From Methanotrichaceae archaeon (GTDB lineage Archaea; Halobacteriota; Methanosarcinia; Methanotrichales; Methanotrichaceae): a stretch of 64,000 nt of DNA. The notes below the pieces were generated by a model. The model saw only the letters and a program-made list of their open reading frames with translations, did not search any database and was not told where the DNA came from. Position numbers and translations under genes: made by a program. The stretch covers positions 19,967 to 83,966 of the forward strand of contig CAWDLW010000030.1 in the NCBI GenBank assembly GCA_963803145.1, read 5' to 3'. Below are positions 37,627 through 46,926 of the stretch, piece after piece (within the stretch, counting starts at the first letter, position 1; each line of letters opens with the position of its first letter).

Positions 37627-38210
37627 GAACATCAGAATGCGACATAGTGATAGTAGGTGTGGGAGGCCAGGGAGTCATACTTATCTCAGATGTCCTAGGG
37701 CGGGCAGCGGTCATTGCCGGCAAGGCAGTTCGCGGAGCAGAGACTCACGGCATGGCGCAGCGTGGAGGCAGCGTCATAAATCACACACGTATAGGCTGCA
37801 AATTCAGCCCAATGATCTCCTCAGGAAGTGCTGATGTACTCCTCGCGCTCGAACCTGCAGAGGCACTGCGTTTCGCTCATTACCTCTCCCCCGACGGCAT
37901 CGCACTTGTGAACACTAGGCCAGTGCTGCCAATAACTGTAACCACGGGCAAGGCAAGCTACCCGCCAGTGGATGAGATCCTGAAGCAGCTTCATGGCATC
38001 TGCAAAGAGATGAAGTCAATGGATGCGACATCTCTTGCGGCGACTGCAGGAACGCCGCAGGCGATGAATGTCGTCATGCTGGGCGCTCTCTCGAAGTACA
38101 TCCCTCTGGCAGAAGAGCTGCTTATTGATGCGCTTTGCGATGTAGTGCCAGCAAAGTATCTGGATATCAATAAACATGCCTTCAGGCTTGGAAAAGCTGA
38201 AGTAGAATAG
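37623..38210 (+). CDS. iorB: indolepyruvate:ferredoxin oxidoreductase beta subunit
   Basis: IVIVGVGGQGV N-terminus. ATGA overlap with the iorA stop. The track start at 37560 lies inside iorA. Confidence 0.85.
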   Translation: MRTSECDIVIVGVGGQGVILISDVLGRAAVIAGKAVRGAETHGMAQRGGSVINHTRIGCKFSPMISSGSADVLLALEPAEALRFAHYLSPDGIALVNTRPVLPITVTTGKASYPPVDEILKQLHGICKEMKSMDATSLAATAGTPQAMNVVMLGALSKYIPLAEELLIDALCDVVPAKYLDINKHAFRLGKAEVE

Positions 38211-38228
38211 GCATCTACTAGTAAAATC

Positions 38229-38903
38229 ATGGAAGAAGAAAAGAAGTTGGAAGAGCAGAAGGAAGAAGATAAGGAAGCAGAAGGGGAGAAGCCTGTAGTA
38301 ACACGGTCGATGATGGAAGAGGCATCGTGCGCCACATGCGGAGCTGAAGAGGAAACGGCGATGCCTGCAAACCTGCCAGATCCCAACTGGCCTACTGAAA
38401 AGCTTGTAGAGGCCCTAAAGGATAAGCATATGCTCGTTCGGTCGAATGCTGTCATGCTTCTATCGAAGAGGCCGCTTCAGGAGTCAACCGAGCCATTGGT
38501 AGAGGCTCTAAAGGACAAGGATTATCTTGTCAAGAGCAACGCGATGATTGCACTATCATCCTTCGGCCGCCAGATTTTCGATAGAATGCTTGCAGCCTTG
38601 AGCGATCCAGATCCCGACGTGCGCGCTGGTGCCGCGTGGATTTTAGGAGAGCTAAAGGATCAGAGAGCGATAGATGCCCTACAGAAAGTTGCAAATGATG
38701 ATTATCCGCTTGCACGGATACAGGCAAAGGCATCGCTGATGTCTATGGGGGTAATAAAGCCCAAGAAGGTCGAGAAGAAGGCTGAACCCGCCGAGAAGCC
38801 TGAAGAGACAAACGAGATGCCTGAAACGACAAGTGAGAAGGCTGAAGGAACAAGCGAGAAGGTTGAAGAAACAGGCGAGAAAGCTGAAGAGAAAAAAGAT
38901 TGA
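38229..38903 (+). CDS. HEAT-repeat (PBS-lyase type) protein with acidic/Lys-rich termini
   Basis: Repeats LVEALKDKHMLVRSNAVMLL, LVEALKDKDYLVKSNAMIAL and LSDPDPDVRAGAAWILGEL. The C-terminal tail is encoded by 3 x 21-nt tandem repeats (38829-38891). Confidence 0.7.
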   Translation: MEEEKKLEEQKEEDKEAEGEKPVVTRSMMEEASCATCGAEEETAMPANLPDPNWPTEKLVEALKDKHMLVRSNAVMLLSKRPLQESTEPLVEALKDKDYLVKSNAMIALSSFGRQIFDRMLAALSDPDPDVRAGAAWILGELKDQRAIDALQKVANDDYPLARIQAKASLMSMGVIKPKKVEKKAEPAEKPEETNEMPETTSEKAEGTSEKVEETGEKAEEKKD

Positions 38904-38912
38904 GCAAGCGTC

Positions 38913-38952
38913 CCCTTCTGAGCTCAAGTTCCAGAAGGGATTCTTTGTTTTA
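38913..38952 (+). terminator. hairpin CCCTTCTG-(11 nt)-CAGAAGGG followed by ATTCTTTGTTTT
   Basis: Starts 10 nt after the HEAT-protein stop. 8-bp perfect stem plus a T-rich tail. Confidence 0.4.
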
Positions 38953-39197
38953 AATTCGCTATTTTAATAGTACGTATGATTATCGGTAGGCACTTATTAT
39001 TATCAACACTAGGATCTATGATCTTTTGAACATTTGGTTTATCCATAAATACTGTATCATGATTCCATCGAATATCAATTGAGATCAGAAGTTATCTGTA
39101 TCGCATTACTAGGAATCTGCAGTAAAATAAGCTCTGATCTCGGTATACCTAATAAAATATATCAATATAAAGATACACTAAAGTATTACGGAGTATA

Positions 39198-39422
39198 ATG
39201 GCAGGAAGCGTATACAGTATAATAGAGCTTGTTGGATCATCCCAGAATAGCTGGGAGGAGGCTGCTCAAAATGCAGTTGCTGCAGCCTCGAAGAAGCTTA
39301 TGAACATCAGGATTGCCAGGGTAGCAGAGCTTGATGCAAAGCTGGAGGACGGAAGGATTGTGGAGTATAGGGCAAAAATTAGATTTTCATTCAAGGTTGA
39401 AATTGAGCCCGAAACGCTTTGA
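39198..39422 (+). CDS. dodecin-family flavin-binding protein
   Basis: 74-aa ORF with VYSIIELVGSS..SWEEAAQNAV..A.K......A.V.E......G.I.EYRAK..FSFKV, the typical dodecin pattern. Confidence 0.75.
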   Translation: MAGSVYSIIELVGSSQNSWEEAAQNAVAAASKKLMNIRIARVAELDAKLEDGRIVEYRAKIRFSFKVEIEPETL

Positions 39423-39520
39423 TGATAATTTGCTTTTAGCCATATTGCAATTTGTTCGCTGAGATAACCTTCTTCACCGCGCATAAAATCCAAAAATTTC
39501 GATCCGGATTTTGGAAACGG

Positions 39521-39639
39521 CTGCTGTGTCGCATAATTCAGGAATCACGATGGCAATAGGTATCGATTTCACTCATTTTACCTACAACGCTACTATGCTC
39601 CGTTGCTTATCGATTTCGGTGAGTTATGCAACACAGCAG
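39521..39639. repeat. 119-bp element bounded by 16-bp inverted repeats
   Basis: CTGCTGTGTCGCATAA (39521-39536) pairs with TTATGCAACACAGCAG (39624-39639) at 15 of 16 positions. The interior holds two copies of TATCGATTTC (39561-39570 and 39608-39617). Confidence 0.6.
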
Positions 39640-39677
39640 AAAAAGAAGGATTTGCCAAAATCTCCCTCAAGCCCACC

Positions 39678-40421
39678 TCATTGATTATCAGTGTCTTGAT
39701 ACATGCCGTTAGATTCCTGCATATTGGGTACATATTCTCCCCTGGACGCTGCTAGAATATTATCAAGCTCATAGAAATCATCTGATTCTGCTTGGGAGAT
39801 ATCCTGAAGAGTCAGCTCTTTATTCGTCTGAGCTGCCTTATTATTGGAATCAAGTATAAGCGCCTTATTAAAACAATTCAGGGCTTCCTGATATTTTTTC
39901 TGATCTCTAAGAACAACTCCCTTGTCATTCCAGCCCTTTGGATCCAGTGGATTTATCGTTATAGCCCTATCGAAGCTTGCAAGAGCTTCATCCGACATGC
40001 CTAAATTGGATAGAGTCATGCCTTTGATTATCAATGCGCCGTAATTATTAGGGTTGAGCTCTAGAGATTTATCGAGACATGTAAGGCCTTCGTTGTATTC
40101 TCCTAGATTTACAGAAAGCGCGGTGCCTTTATAGTACCAGGCATTAGCATTAGATGAATTTAGCGAAATGGCCTTATCAAAGCTAGTAAGGGCATCGCTG
40201 TATTTGCCGAGGTTTGCGAGTGCTACCCCTTTGCTGACCAATATAGTGGAATTGTTTTGGTCCAGATCTAAGGCTCTATCGTAAGCGGAAACGGCCGTAT
40301 CGTAGCTGCCACTGAGGGAGAGCTGATCGCCCCTGGCAGCCCAATCGTTTGCAGTGACTTCTCCCATAGCAGGCAACATGCATATCGCAATAAACACCAG
40401 GATAGTAATAGCGATCTTCAT
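39678..40421 (-). CDS. secreted TPR-repeat protein
   Basis: N-terminal signal/TM segment (MKIAITILVFIAICMLPAMG) followed by about six 34-aa TPR units (A...YD.AL.LD.NN). Confidence 0.8.
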   Translation of the reverse strand: MKIAITILVFIAICMLPAMGEVTANDWAARGDQLSLSGSYDTAVSAYDRALDLDQNNSTILVSKGVALANLGKYSDALTSFDKAISLNSSNANAWYYKGTALSVNLGEYNEGLTCLDKSLELNPNNYGALIIKGMTLSNLGMSDEALASFDRAITINPLDPKGWNDKGVVLRDQKKYQEALNCFNKALILDSNNKAAQTNKELTLQDISQAESDDFYELDNILAASRGEYVPNMQESNGMYQDTDNQ

Positions 40422-40695
40422 AGAAGCCCTTATTATTCTAAAAGGTAATATATCTCTATCCCTTCGCTTTAAAATATAATTGTGTCCATTATTTCCATAG
40501 CATCTTTGTGAGTTCGGCTAATGAATGATGTCATACTAAACCGCAAAGACATAAAGACGCAAAAAAAGGATCTGCGCTGATGTTCTGAGAGAGCCTCAGC
40601 TAAAGAAGTAATGTTAGCAGCTTCTGGTCTATTGTAGTACCGTCGAAATATCTTCCCATCAATCAAGAAGCCATAAGCTGGCTATGATATCAGTC

Positions 40696-40860
40696 TTAAA
40701 GCCAGCGCCGATGGCGTCCCAGTATGATCGCTATTATGGCCAGAACAATGAAGAGGATAACCAGCCATATGGCGGGTATTCCTAAGATACTCACTCCTAA
40801 TATCCCCAATATAAGGGCGATTATTAAGAAAATTATAGCCCAGTTAAGGAACTTTGCCAT
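40696..40860 (-). CDS. 54-aa two-TM microprotein (below the ORF-track cutoff)
   Basis: My translation: MAKFLNWAIIFLIIALILGILGVSILGIPAIWLVILFIVLAIIAIILGRHRRWL. It resembles UPF0391/DUF1328-style small membrane proteins. Confidence 0.4.
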   Translation of the reverse strand: MAKFLNWAIIFLIIALILGILGVSILGIPAIWLVILFIVLAIIAIILGRHRRWL

Positions 40861-41139
40861 TTATGGATACTCCTAAATATTCAGTCCAATTCTATATCGT
40901 ACTCTAAACTATTTATAAATTTTCTGTAAGATATATGATATGTATCACTAAATACCTAAACGATTTGGACTTATGCAGTAAGGCTGGCTCCTTTGTTCGA
41001 TCGCTATCCTCACATAAAACAGAGAACGCTGCTAATAAATGAATAGCATGATTTTATTTCACCGCAGTCCAGCAAGATCACGCCCAGCGCTCCAAGCGCT
41101 CTCACTAAGAAACCTTTATAAACCATGGGTTGATGTTTA

Positions 41140-41985
41140 ATGATTAACAGCGATAATATTCGCATAGGAGGGAGGCCTATTAGAAGAATTACCGCATTAG
41201 GTTATAGTCTGGCACTAATTTTTGTAATTGTATCGACGGCTACTATTTCATGCTTTGCCGCAGATCAGACAGTTTCACCGAGAGATATGACCTACATTAC
41301 AGAGCAGTTTCCACCATACAACTTCGAGAAGGATGGGAAGCTGCAAGGAATCTCTGTAGATCTACTAGAGACGGTCTGGCAGAAGATGAACGCAAGCCTT
41401 AATGAAAGCGCCATTGAGCTTCTGCCCTGGACTGAGGGTTACCAAAGGACGCTGGATGAAAAGAATACTGTACTATTCTCAACTGCTCGTCTGCCGCAAA
41501 GGGAGCTGCTCTTTAAATGGGCTGGGCCGATCGGGCCAATCAGAAATGTGCTTCTAGTAAAGAAGGATAAGAATATCAGCGTTACATCGGCAGAGGAGCT
41601 GAAAAAATACAAGATAGGAGCCCTCAAGGATGACAGCGCCGTGCAGATGCTCCTGGATAAAGGCGTGAAGAAGGAAGACCTTAGGCTCGAGCCTACATCG
41701 ACGCAAGCTATAGAGATGCTGCAGAACGGGAGCATTGATGCCTGGGCTTACGGCGATACTGCTGGCATGTGGCTGATCCAGGAGTCGGGCGCAAATACAA
41801 GCGATTTCAGGGTGGCCTATGTGCTGGGGCAGATAGATTACTACTATGCATTCAACAATGAAACTCCTGATTATATAGTGCAGTCGTTCCAGCAGGCAAT
41901 AGATAATGTCAAGAATAGCAAAGATAAGGATGGAGTGAGCGAGTACCAAAAGGTTCTATCTAAGTATGTTCCTACAATGCTGTAG
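41140..41985 (+). CDS. family-3 periplasmic solute-binding protein (amino-acid ABC type), orphan
   Basis: N-terminal TM/signal segment, then an SBP_bac_3-like pattern (YITEQFPPYNFEKDGKLQGISVDLL...). No permease or ATPase gene nearby. Confidence 0.7.
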   Translation: MINSDNIRIGGRPIRRITALGYSLALIFVIVSTATISCFAADQTVSPRDMTYITEQFPPYNFEKDGKLQGISVDLLETVWQKMNASLNESAIELLPWTEGYQRTLDEKNTVLFSTARLPQRELLFKWAGPIGPIRNVLLVKKDKNISVTSAEELKKYKIGALKDDSAVQMLLDKGVKKEDLRLEPTSTQAIEMLQNGSIDAWAYGDTAGMWLIQESGANTSDFRVAYVLGQIDYYYAFNNETPDYIVQSFQQAIDNVKNSKDKDGVSEYQKVLSKYVPTML

Positions 41986-42246
41986 GGTAGAGGTTCGCTG
42001 AAAAGGCGAAATACTTTTTTGGCAGGAATTAGAGAGGTAAGCCCTTCAAACATGAAGATTATACTATTTCGATTATAAAAAACGTATTAAAAGATACGGT
42101 ACATGAAGATAGGCTGGTGGATGCCGTCCACAATGCCAAGAAAAAGTACAGTCCGATATACATCGAAGGCGTATTAAAGGCAAGTGGTATCCTGCAATAG
42201 ACATGTTAAGGTCAGTGTGAAAACAGATAGCAGTAAAAGCGTTAGG

Positions 42247-42267
42247 TGCGGGGGATGGGACCCCCGC
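42247..42267 (-). other. tRNA-Leu acceptor/T-arm remnant forming a hairpin (possible att-like repeat and bidirectional terminator)
   Basis: Minus strand reads GCGGGGG-TCCCAT-CCCCCGC-A. The 14 nt TCCCATCCCCCGCA equal the 3' end of tRNA-Leu (46927-46940), and GCGGGGG equals its 5' acceptor strand. The plus strand is followed by TTTT. Confidence 0.5.
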
Positions 42268-42307
42268 TTTTAACATATTACCTCACACTTTGCAGTTAGT
42301 TTTCAGG

Positions 42308-42961
42308 TCACTCCAGTAGCGTCACCGCTCCGCTACCAAGGCTGTAGCGGGCACCGAGAATCTTAAGCTTGCCCTGTTTGTAAGCCGATGAGAGAATCGG
42401 TTCAGAAGATTTTAGCTTGGCTACGACGTTCTGCGTATTAACATCGATAGAGTTGTTCAGAAGGTCACCCTTCATCCCCTTTGCCACATCTACTGCGGGC
42501 TTGATTGCCTCCACAAGGCTTCCGATGTGGCCAGGATTTTCACCACCTGCAATTGCCGCTTCCACCGCTCCACAGCCGTCGTGACCCAGGACCAAGACTA
42601 ATTGAACGTTCAGGTGATCCACTGCGTATTCTATGGTTCCTAGGGTGGCGTTATCCATTACTTCTCCTGCGGTCCTTACCACAAAGATATCTCCGAGCCC
42701 CTGATCGAATACGATCTCTGGAGGAACCCTGGAATCGGAGCAGGTCACTATTACTGCGAATGGTTGCTGAGAGGTTACCAACTCAACTCGCCGATCTGCT
42801 ATGGACTGGTCCGGATGGGTTGCATTTCCAGAGGCGAACCTGGCGTTACCTTCCATCAGATTCTTCATAGCCTGATCAGCTGTTATTCCAGAATTCTCTT
42901 CAGAGGCCAACCCTCCAAATGTACATGTCAGAATTAATAGGCCGATTATCAAACAAGTCAA
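42308..42961 (-). CDS. beta-class carbonic anhydrase with an N-terminal signal/TM segment
   Basis: CSDSRVPPE and HDGCGAV zinc-ligand motifs. Hydrophobic N-terminus. The exact start is uncertain (a TTG at 42961). Confidence 0.85.
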   Translation of the reverse strand: MTCLIIGLLILTCTFGGLASEENSGITADQAMKNLMEGNARFASGNATHPDQSIADRRVELVTSQQPFAVIVTCSDSRVPPEIVFDQGLGDIFVVRTAGEVMDNATLGTIEYAVDHLNVQLVLVLGHDGCGAVEAAIAGGENPGHIGSLVEAIKPAVDVAKGMKGDLLNNSIDVNTQNVVAKLKSSEPILSSAYKQGKLKILGARYSLGSGAVTLLE

Positions 42962-43307
42962 AATTTTTACGTTGATTCCTCCTTTATTTCCTCTAATTGT
43001 GGATAATAAAACTTATAAAACTTTTTGTCGTGAAAATAATTATGAGCGTCAGGACAGAGCTGTCATTGTTATTCCTCACGGCTCTTGGATGACAGGTACA
43101 TATAACGCGTAACTTTTTCTTTTCTTTTTCGTTACTATACCTTTAGGGAGGACTTTATAAATATCTTCTCGACCCACTACCCCGAATGTCTTCACGCTCC
43201 AGATTCTATGTTTTCAAGCAGAGATACCATTCGACAACGTCTGCACTATTGGCAGATAAAAAAAGTGGTTATCATTACACAAGTTAAATATATGTCCATA
43301 GATGGAC

Positions 43308-43580
43308 CTATACAGACTTTATCCGCTCAGTCTTCCAATATGCATTGTGCCAAGCTTTATGCCCATTCTCGCCCTGCCTCCGATCGCAATCTACCCAGCC
43401 CCATTTTATTAATGACCTGAGGGCTCTGGAAAGCTGGCGTTTTGTCCTGGCCATGGCAGTGTATGAAGAGATATCCAGGCCCAATGCGAGGGCAATCTCC
43501 TTCATGGATATGGCTTCGTCTTTGTTATCAGGAAGAACTGCCAAGACGGCCTCTGGATTCATGCTAACCCCCTGAAGCAT
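43308..43580 (-). CDS. small winged-helix-like protein
   Basis: 90-aa ORF with ISMKEIALALGLDISSY...LSRALRSLIKWGWV. It lies next to the IS remnant. Family not recognised. Confidence 0.4.
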   Translation of the reverse strand: MLQGVSMNPEAVLAVLPDNKDEAISMKEIALALGLDISSYTAMARTKRQLSRALRSLIKWGWVDCDRRQGENGHKAWHNAYWKTERIKSV

Positions 43581-43723
43581 TATTGCTGATAACTTGAGGA
43601 TTCCTATTTACTTGTATCCTAAGGGCGGTTTTTTTAAATCGACTCTAGATTTGCCTTACGATGTTCGCTATTCTTGGTCTAACCTGTTTTTTTTCAGTTA
43701 ATTCTCGATAGCATCCGCTATCC

Positions 43724-44624
43724 CTAAATGACATTTGCCTTTTTAAGAGTACAAAGCTGATACAAGTTAAAAGCGAAAGCGGTAACTATCATTTTCACAT
43801 GCACTCTTCTGACTGATGTAACAAGCACTCTTCCAGCCTCGAAAACCCTCTTGATTACAGCATGGGGCCTTTCGCCAGGCGATCTGAGGATACTGATCAA
43901 CTGATTGCGTTCTTTATCAAGATCAGAAAGAGGTTTATCAGTAGTCCTGCGCTTCATTGTAAAATCAATACCTTTGGCCTTCACACCGAAATATCCTCTA
44001 TCTCTGAAAACTGGCACGCCAGGGATAGAGAGATCAACCTGACTGTCATGCAGTGATGCAGTCGAGGTCTCTATATCACGTATTAGGCTGTAATCGATAT
44101 CAGTTATTTGATGTAACTTATATCCGAAGTGAGTTTCATTGCCTTTCTTAGCCCATGTGCCATCCTTGCTGCGACGTGTCTTAGCCTCATCGCCACGTGG
44201 TTTCTTTGACTCCGATGATCCTGGATCTGCTTCTATAAAGGTAGCATCCTGAACAATTCCGCGTCTGATCTTCAATCCTTTTGCATCCAACTGTCTTTGA
44301 AGTTCAGCCCAAACAAGCGCATATCTGTTCCTGTCTCCGCCATTCGTTCTTTGAATGACCATATAGTTCTGGAATCAGGGAACTGAGCAGGAAAACCAAG
44401 AAATGCCATAAATGATATGCGATCAGCCATTTGCCGTTCAACAGCCAGATCGCTCAGGCCATACCACTGCTGGAGAATCAGGATCCTGAACATTAGAATA
44501 ACATCACATTTGGGCCTTCCGCCCTTCTGGTCTTATTAGTATACATCCCTTCCAGAAGAGGACGAAAGGGAACCCAATTGATCGATCCAGATACTTGAGC
44601 TAAATTTAGAATCCAGTCGAGCAT
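43724..44624 (-). mobile_element. IS5-family (DDE) transposase gene, disrupted by two frameshifts
   Basis: Three frames read in series. Frame 1: MLDWILNLAQVSGSINWVPFRPLLEGMY. Frame 2: GGRPKCDVILMFRILILQQWYGLSDLAVERQMADRISFMAFLG. Frame 3: RYALVWAELQRQLDAKGLKIRRGIVQDATFIEADPG...HFGYKLH...RDRGY. Terminal inverted repeats were not identified. Confidence 0.75.
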
Positions 44625-44946
44625 TGCTTGGCATATTAGACCTTTCAATACCCAAGTAGTAAAAGAATCCATAACAATAAATACTATTTGCTGTATTTAA
44701 CACTTTCGATGCTAAAGCAGGGGGTAGGTTTATAGGAATCCTCAACTTCAATTTGAATATGACGCCAAAAAAGATTTGATGCTGGGGATGAGATCACGGC
44801 ATGTACTTCAGAACACACCCCAATGCTAAGGATCTTGAGCATGAGGGCTGATTCAGGCGGATTTATTTCAAATTTTGGCACAATACCGAAAGAATTAATT
44901 ACACAAGCCTTTATCCTGTAACTTTTAAAGATAAAAATGGTAATTC

Positions 44947-46026
44947 GTGCTGGTGGTGGTTGTGAAACTGAATAAGCTAAACTATAGCAAGGTAATCCTA
45001 TTGGTATTGATCCTGCAATTTATCGCGATGGCAGTCCACGCTGGGGGTTCATGCAGTTATACTCTCACGAATGTAGATCCGAGCATAATCAATAGTAAGA
45101 AATCCGATGTAGAGATTAATTTAGGGAGCAATGCAGTTGATTTTCTAATTCCCAGCGGGCAGTTTGCTGGATATGATCTCCACTTTACGTGGGAGAACCC
45201 TCCTAGGGTCGTTCAATGTGGTCAAGAATTCTCTTTTAAAACAGAGGCAAATTTGATTAACTCTGGATCAGGTTATAGACGTGCTTGGGTGAATACGGAT
45301 GCTAGCGATGATAAGTATGTAGTTCATAATGCAAATGCAAGGGCAGGAATAGGTGACTCTGGACCATATGAGCATAATGACATCGCTAAGTACCAAGTAC
45401 CAGAAGATGATGCTGATCCTCAGTTCATTATCAATGTCACTTTAGGAGATGGAGCTGGCACAGACGTTCTCCTAGCGAGGTATGTCTATACTAAGGAAAA
45501 CGCAACAATCGGAACTTTAAGGCTCCCAAATCCATTAGTTATCAATGGCGGTTTTGAGAGGGCTGCTGCTGCGCCTGGATCATCGGGCGTATCATCCCTG
45601 CAAGCCGGTGATACTAGCATAAATGGATGGGCTGTTGGTGGGAATGGTTTAGATTACATAGGTAAATTCTGGCAATCATCTGAAGGAGGTGCATCTATTG
45701 ATCTAAACTACTTGAATAGTGGTTCGATCAGCACGACTTTAGATACAGCTCCAGAGACGACATATCAGCTTCTCTTTGATATGGCAGGCAACCCCGATGG
45801 CAAACCAACTGAAAAAACGCTGCGTGTATGGATTGGCGATACATATCAGGATTTTACATTCAACACCGCAGGCAAGACGAGAGAGAATATGGGATGGGAG
45901 ACAAAGTCATTAGAGTTCACTGCAACTGCTAGCGCCACGCCACTGAAATTTGAGAGCTTGACGCCTGGGCCTTATGGACCAGCGCTCGATAATGTCAGAG
46001 TGACTCCAGAAACAACTACTTCATAG
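44947..46026 (+). CDS. secreted protein with a C-terminal choice-of-anchor-C / DUF642-like domain
   Basis: Signal-like N-terminus. The C-terminal ~170 aa read NGGFE...SINGWAV...LDYIGKFWQSSEGGASIDLN...YQLLFDMAGNP...LKFESL...GPALDNVRV. AT-richer than the neighbouring genes. Confidence 0.6.
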   Translation: MLVVVVKLNKLNYSKVILLVLILQFIAMAVHAGGSCSYTLTNVDPSIINSKKSDVEINLGSNAVDFLIPSGQFAGYDLHFTWENPPRVVQCGQEFSFKTEANLINSGSGYRRAWVNTDASDDKYVVHNANARAGIGDSGPYEHNDIAKYQVPEDDADPQFIINVTLGDGAGTDVLLARYVYTKENATIGTLRLPNPLVINGGFERAAAAPGSSGVSSLQAGDTSINGWAVGGNGLDYIGKFWQSSEGGASIDLNYLNSGSISTTLDTAPETTYQLLFDMAGNPDGKPTEKTLRVWIGDTYQDFTFNTAGKTRENMGWETKSLEFTATASATPLKFESLTPGPYGPALDNVRVTPETTTS

Positions 46027-46490
46027 GCTCGACTGAGGCTTGGCAAAGCTGCATACAAGAACGCCATTTGGGGGCTGGTTTATAGCAGGCATAATCGAAC
46101 TGCTATCACCGCCCTCGAGCCTATGCCACAAGAATTTGAAAAACTCCGCTGGTCTAGCGTAGCATGGGCTCATATGAGTCCTGAATTGCCATCACAACTA
46201 TCCTAGCCTCAGCCCTCTGCCTTTCATTGAAATAAAACACTCTATCGGCATTATTTACAAGGACCTCAAGATAGGGATCTGTGCCAGAGGCATAGAGCAG
46301 CACAGCGGCCTCCTTCGGATATTATCTCATGGCATATGATACGTAACAAGATAACTTTTGAGTATACTTATGCTAATCACAATTATGATGATCTATCGAA
46401 GGATCATGATCTGCCAAAGCCTTGTAAAGCCTGGGACTTACAATACCAAATCTTTCAGCCTTTCTCTTCCTCGCCAAGGCATTACATCCT

Positions 46491-46778
46491 TTACCGCCTT
46501 GGCCACCACGGAGCATCTAGCAAGATATCATTCGCCTTCTCTCTAAGTTGTGAGACTGCCGTGTTATCATCATGTAATTGCCGACAAAGCTTTTCATAGT
46601 TTGTAAAATGATGCCGCCCATAGCTGAGTAACTGCTGAATTGAAGGGCGTGGGGTGTTGTAGGCCCTAGCAACTTCATTATAGAAATCTCTAGGTGTAGC
46701 CGTTATTTTGACATGGCGGTTATATGCCCGCCTAAGGGATTTAGAGTTATAAGATGGTTTCACAGGCATGTTTACCAT
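46491..46778 (-). CDS. hypothetical ORF next to tRNA-Leu (possibly a gene remnant)
   Basis: 95-aa ORF with no recognisable motif and no obvious Shine-Dalgarno site. Low confidence that it is functional. Confidence 0.3.
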   Translation of the reverse strand: MVNMPVKPSYNSKSLRRAYNRHVKITATPRDFYNEVARAYNTPRPSIQQLLSYGRHHFTNYEKLCRQLHDDNTAVSQLREKANDILLDAPWWPRR

Positions 46779-46926
46779 TCTTCTTAATTAGCCGCCTTGG
46801 AGATACCAGGATCATAAAGGTTCTTATAGCCTTAACCCCAAGTGTGAGAATAAAAATTGGGCCCTATTTACTAGTAACCACTTTAGGAAGTTATCAATAA
46901 AAATCGGCGTGCAGTGACTTGGTTTA

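Noticed and set aside
39420-39462. Possible C/D-box sRNA (TGATGA at about 39421 and CTGA at about 39459)
   Set aside because: The C-box candidate overlaps the dodecin stop codon. No C'/D' boxes are present, the spacing is too short for two guides, and there is no terminal stem. It is likely a chance match.
40469-40666. 65-aa ORF (MIDGKIFRRYYNRPEAANI...)
   Set aside because: No Shine-Dalgarno site and no motif. It sits in a gap between a TPR gene and the small membrane ORF and is likely noncoding.
44536-44881. ORFs 44536..44751 and 44684..44881 upstream of the IS5 transposase
   Set aside because: The first is an alternative frame of the transposase N-terminal region. The second has no features and lies in AT-rich flanking DNA.
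46154-46778. Possible decayed integrase next to tRNA-Leu: ORF 46491..46778 plus a downstream reading frame of about 119 codons with two internal stops
   Set aside because: I found no tyrosine- or serine-recombinase motifs (no R...HxxR...Y pattern). The stop-codon deficit in the extended frame is not convincingly below chance. It is kept only as a low-confidence hypothetical ORF.
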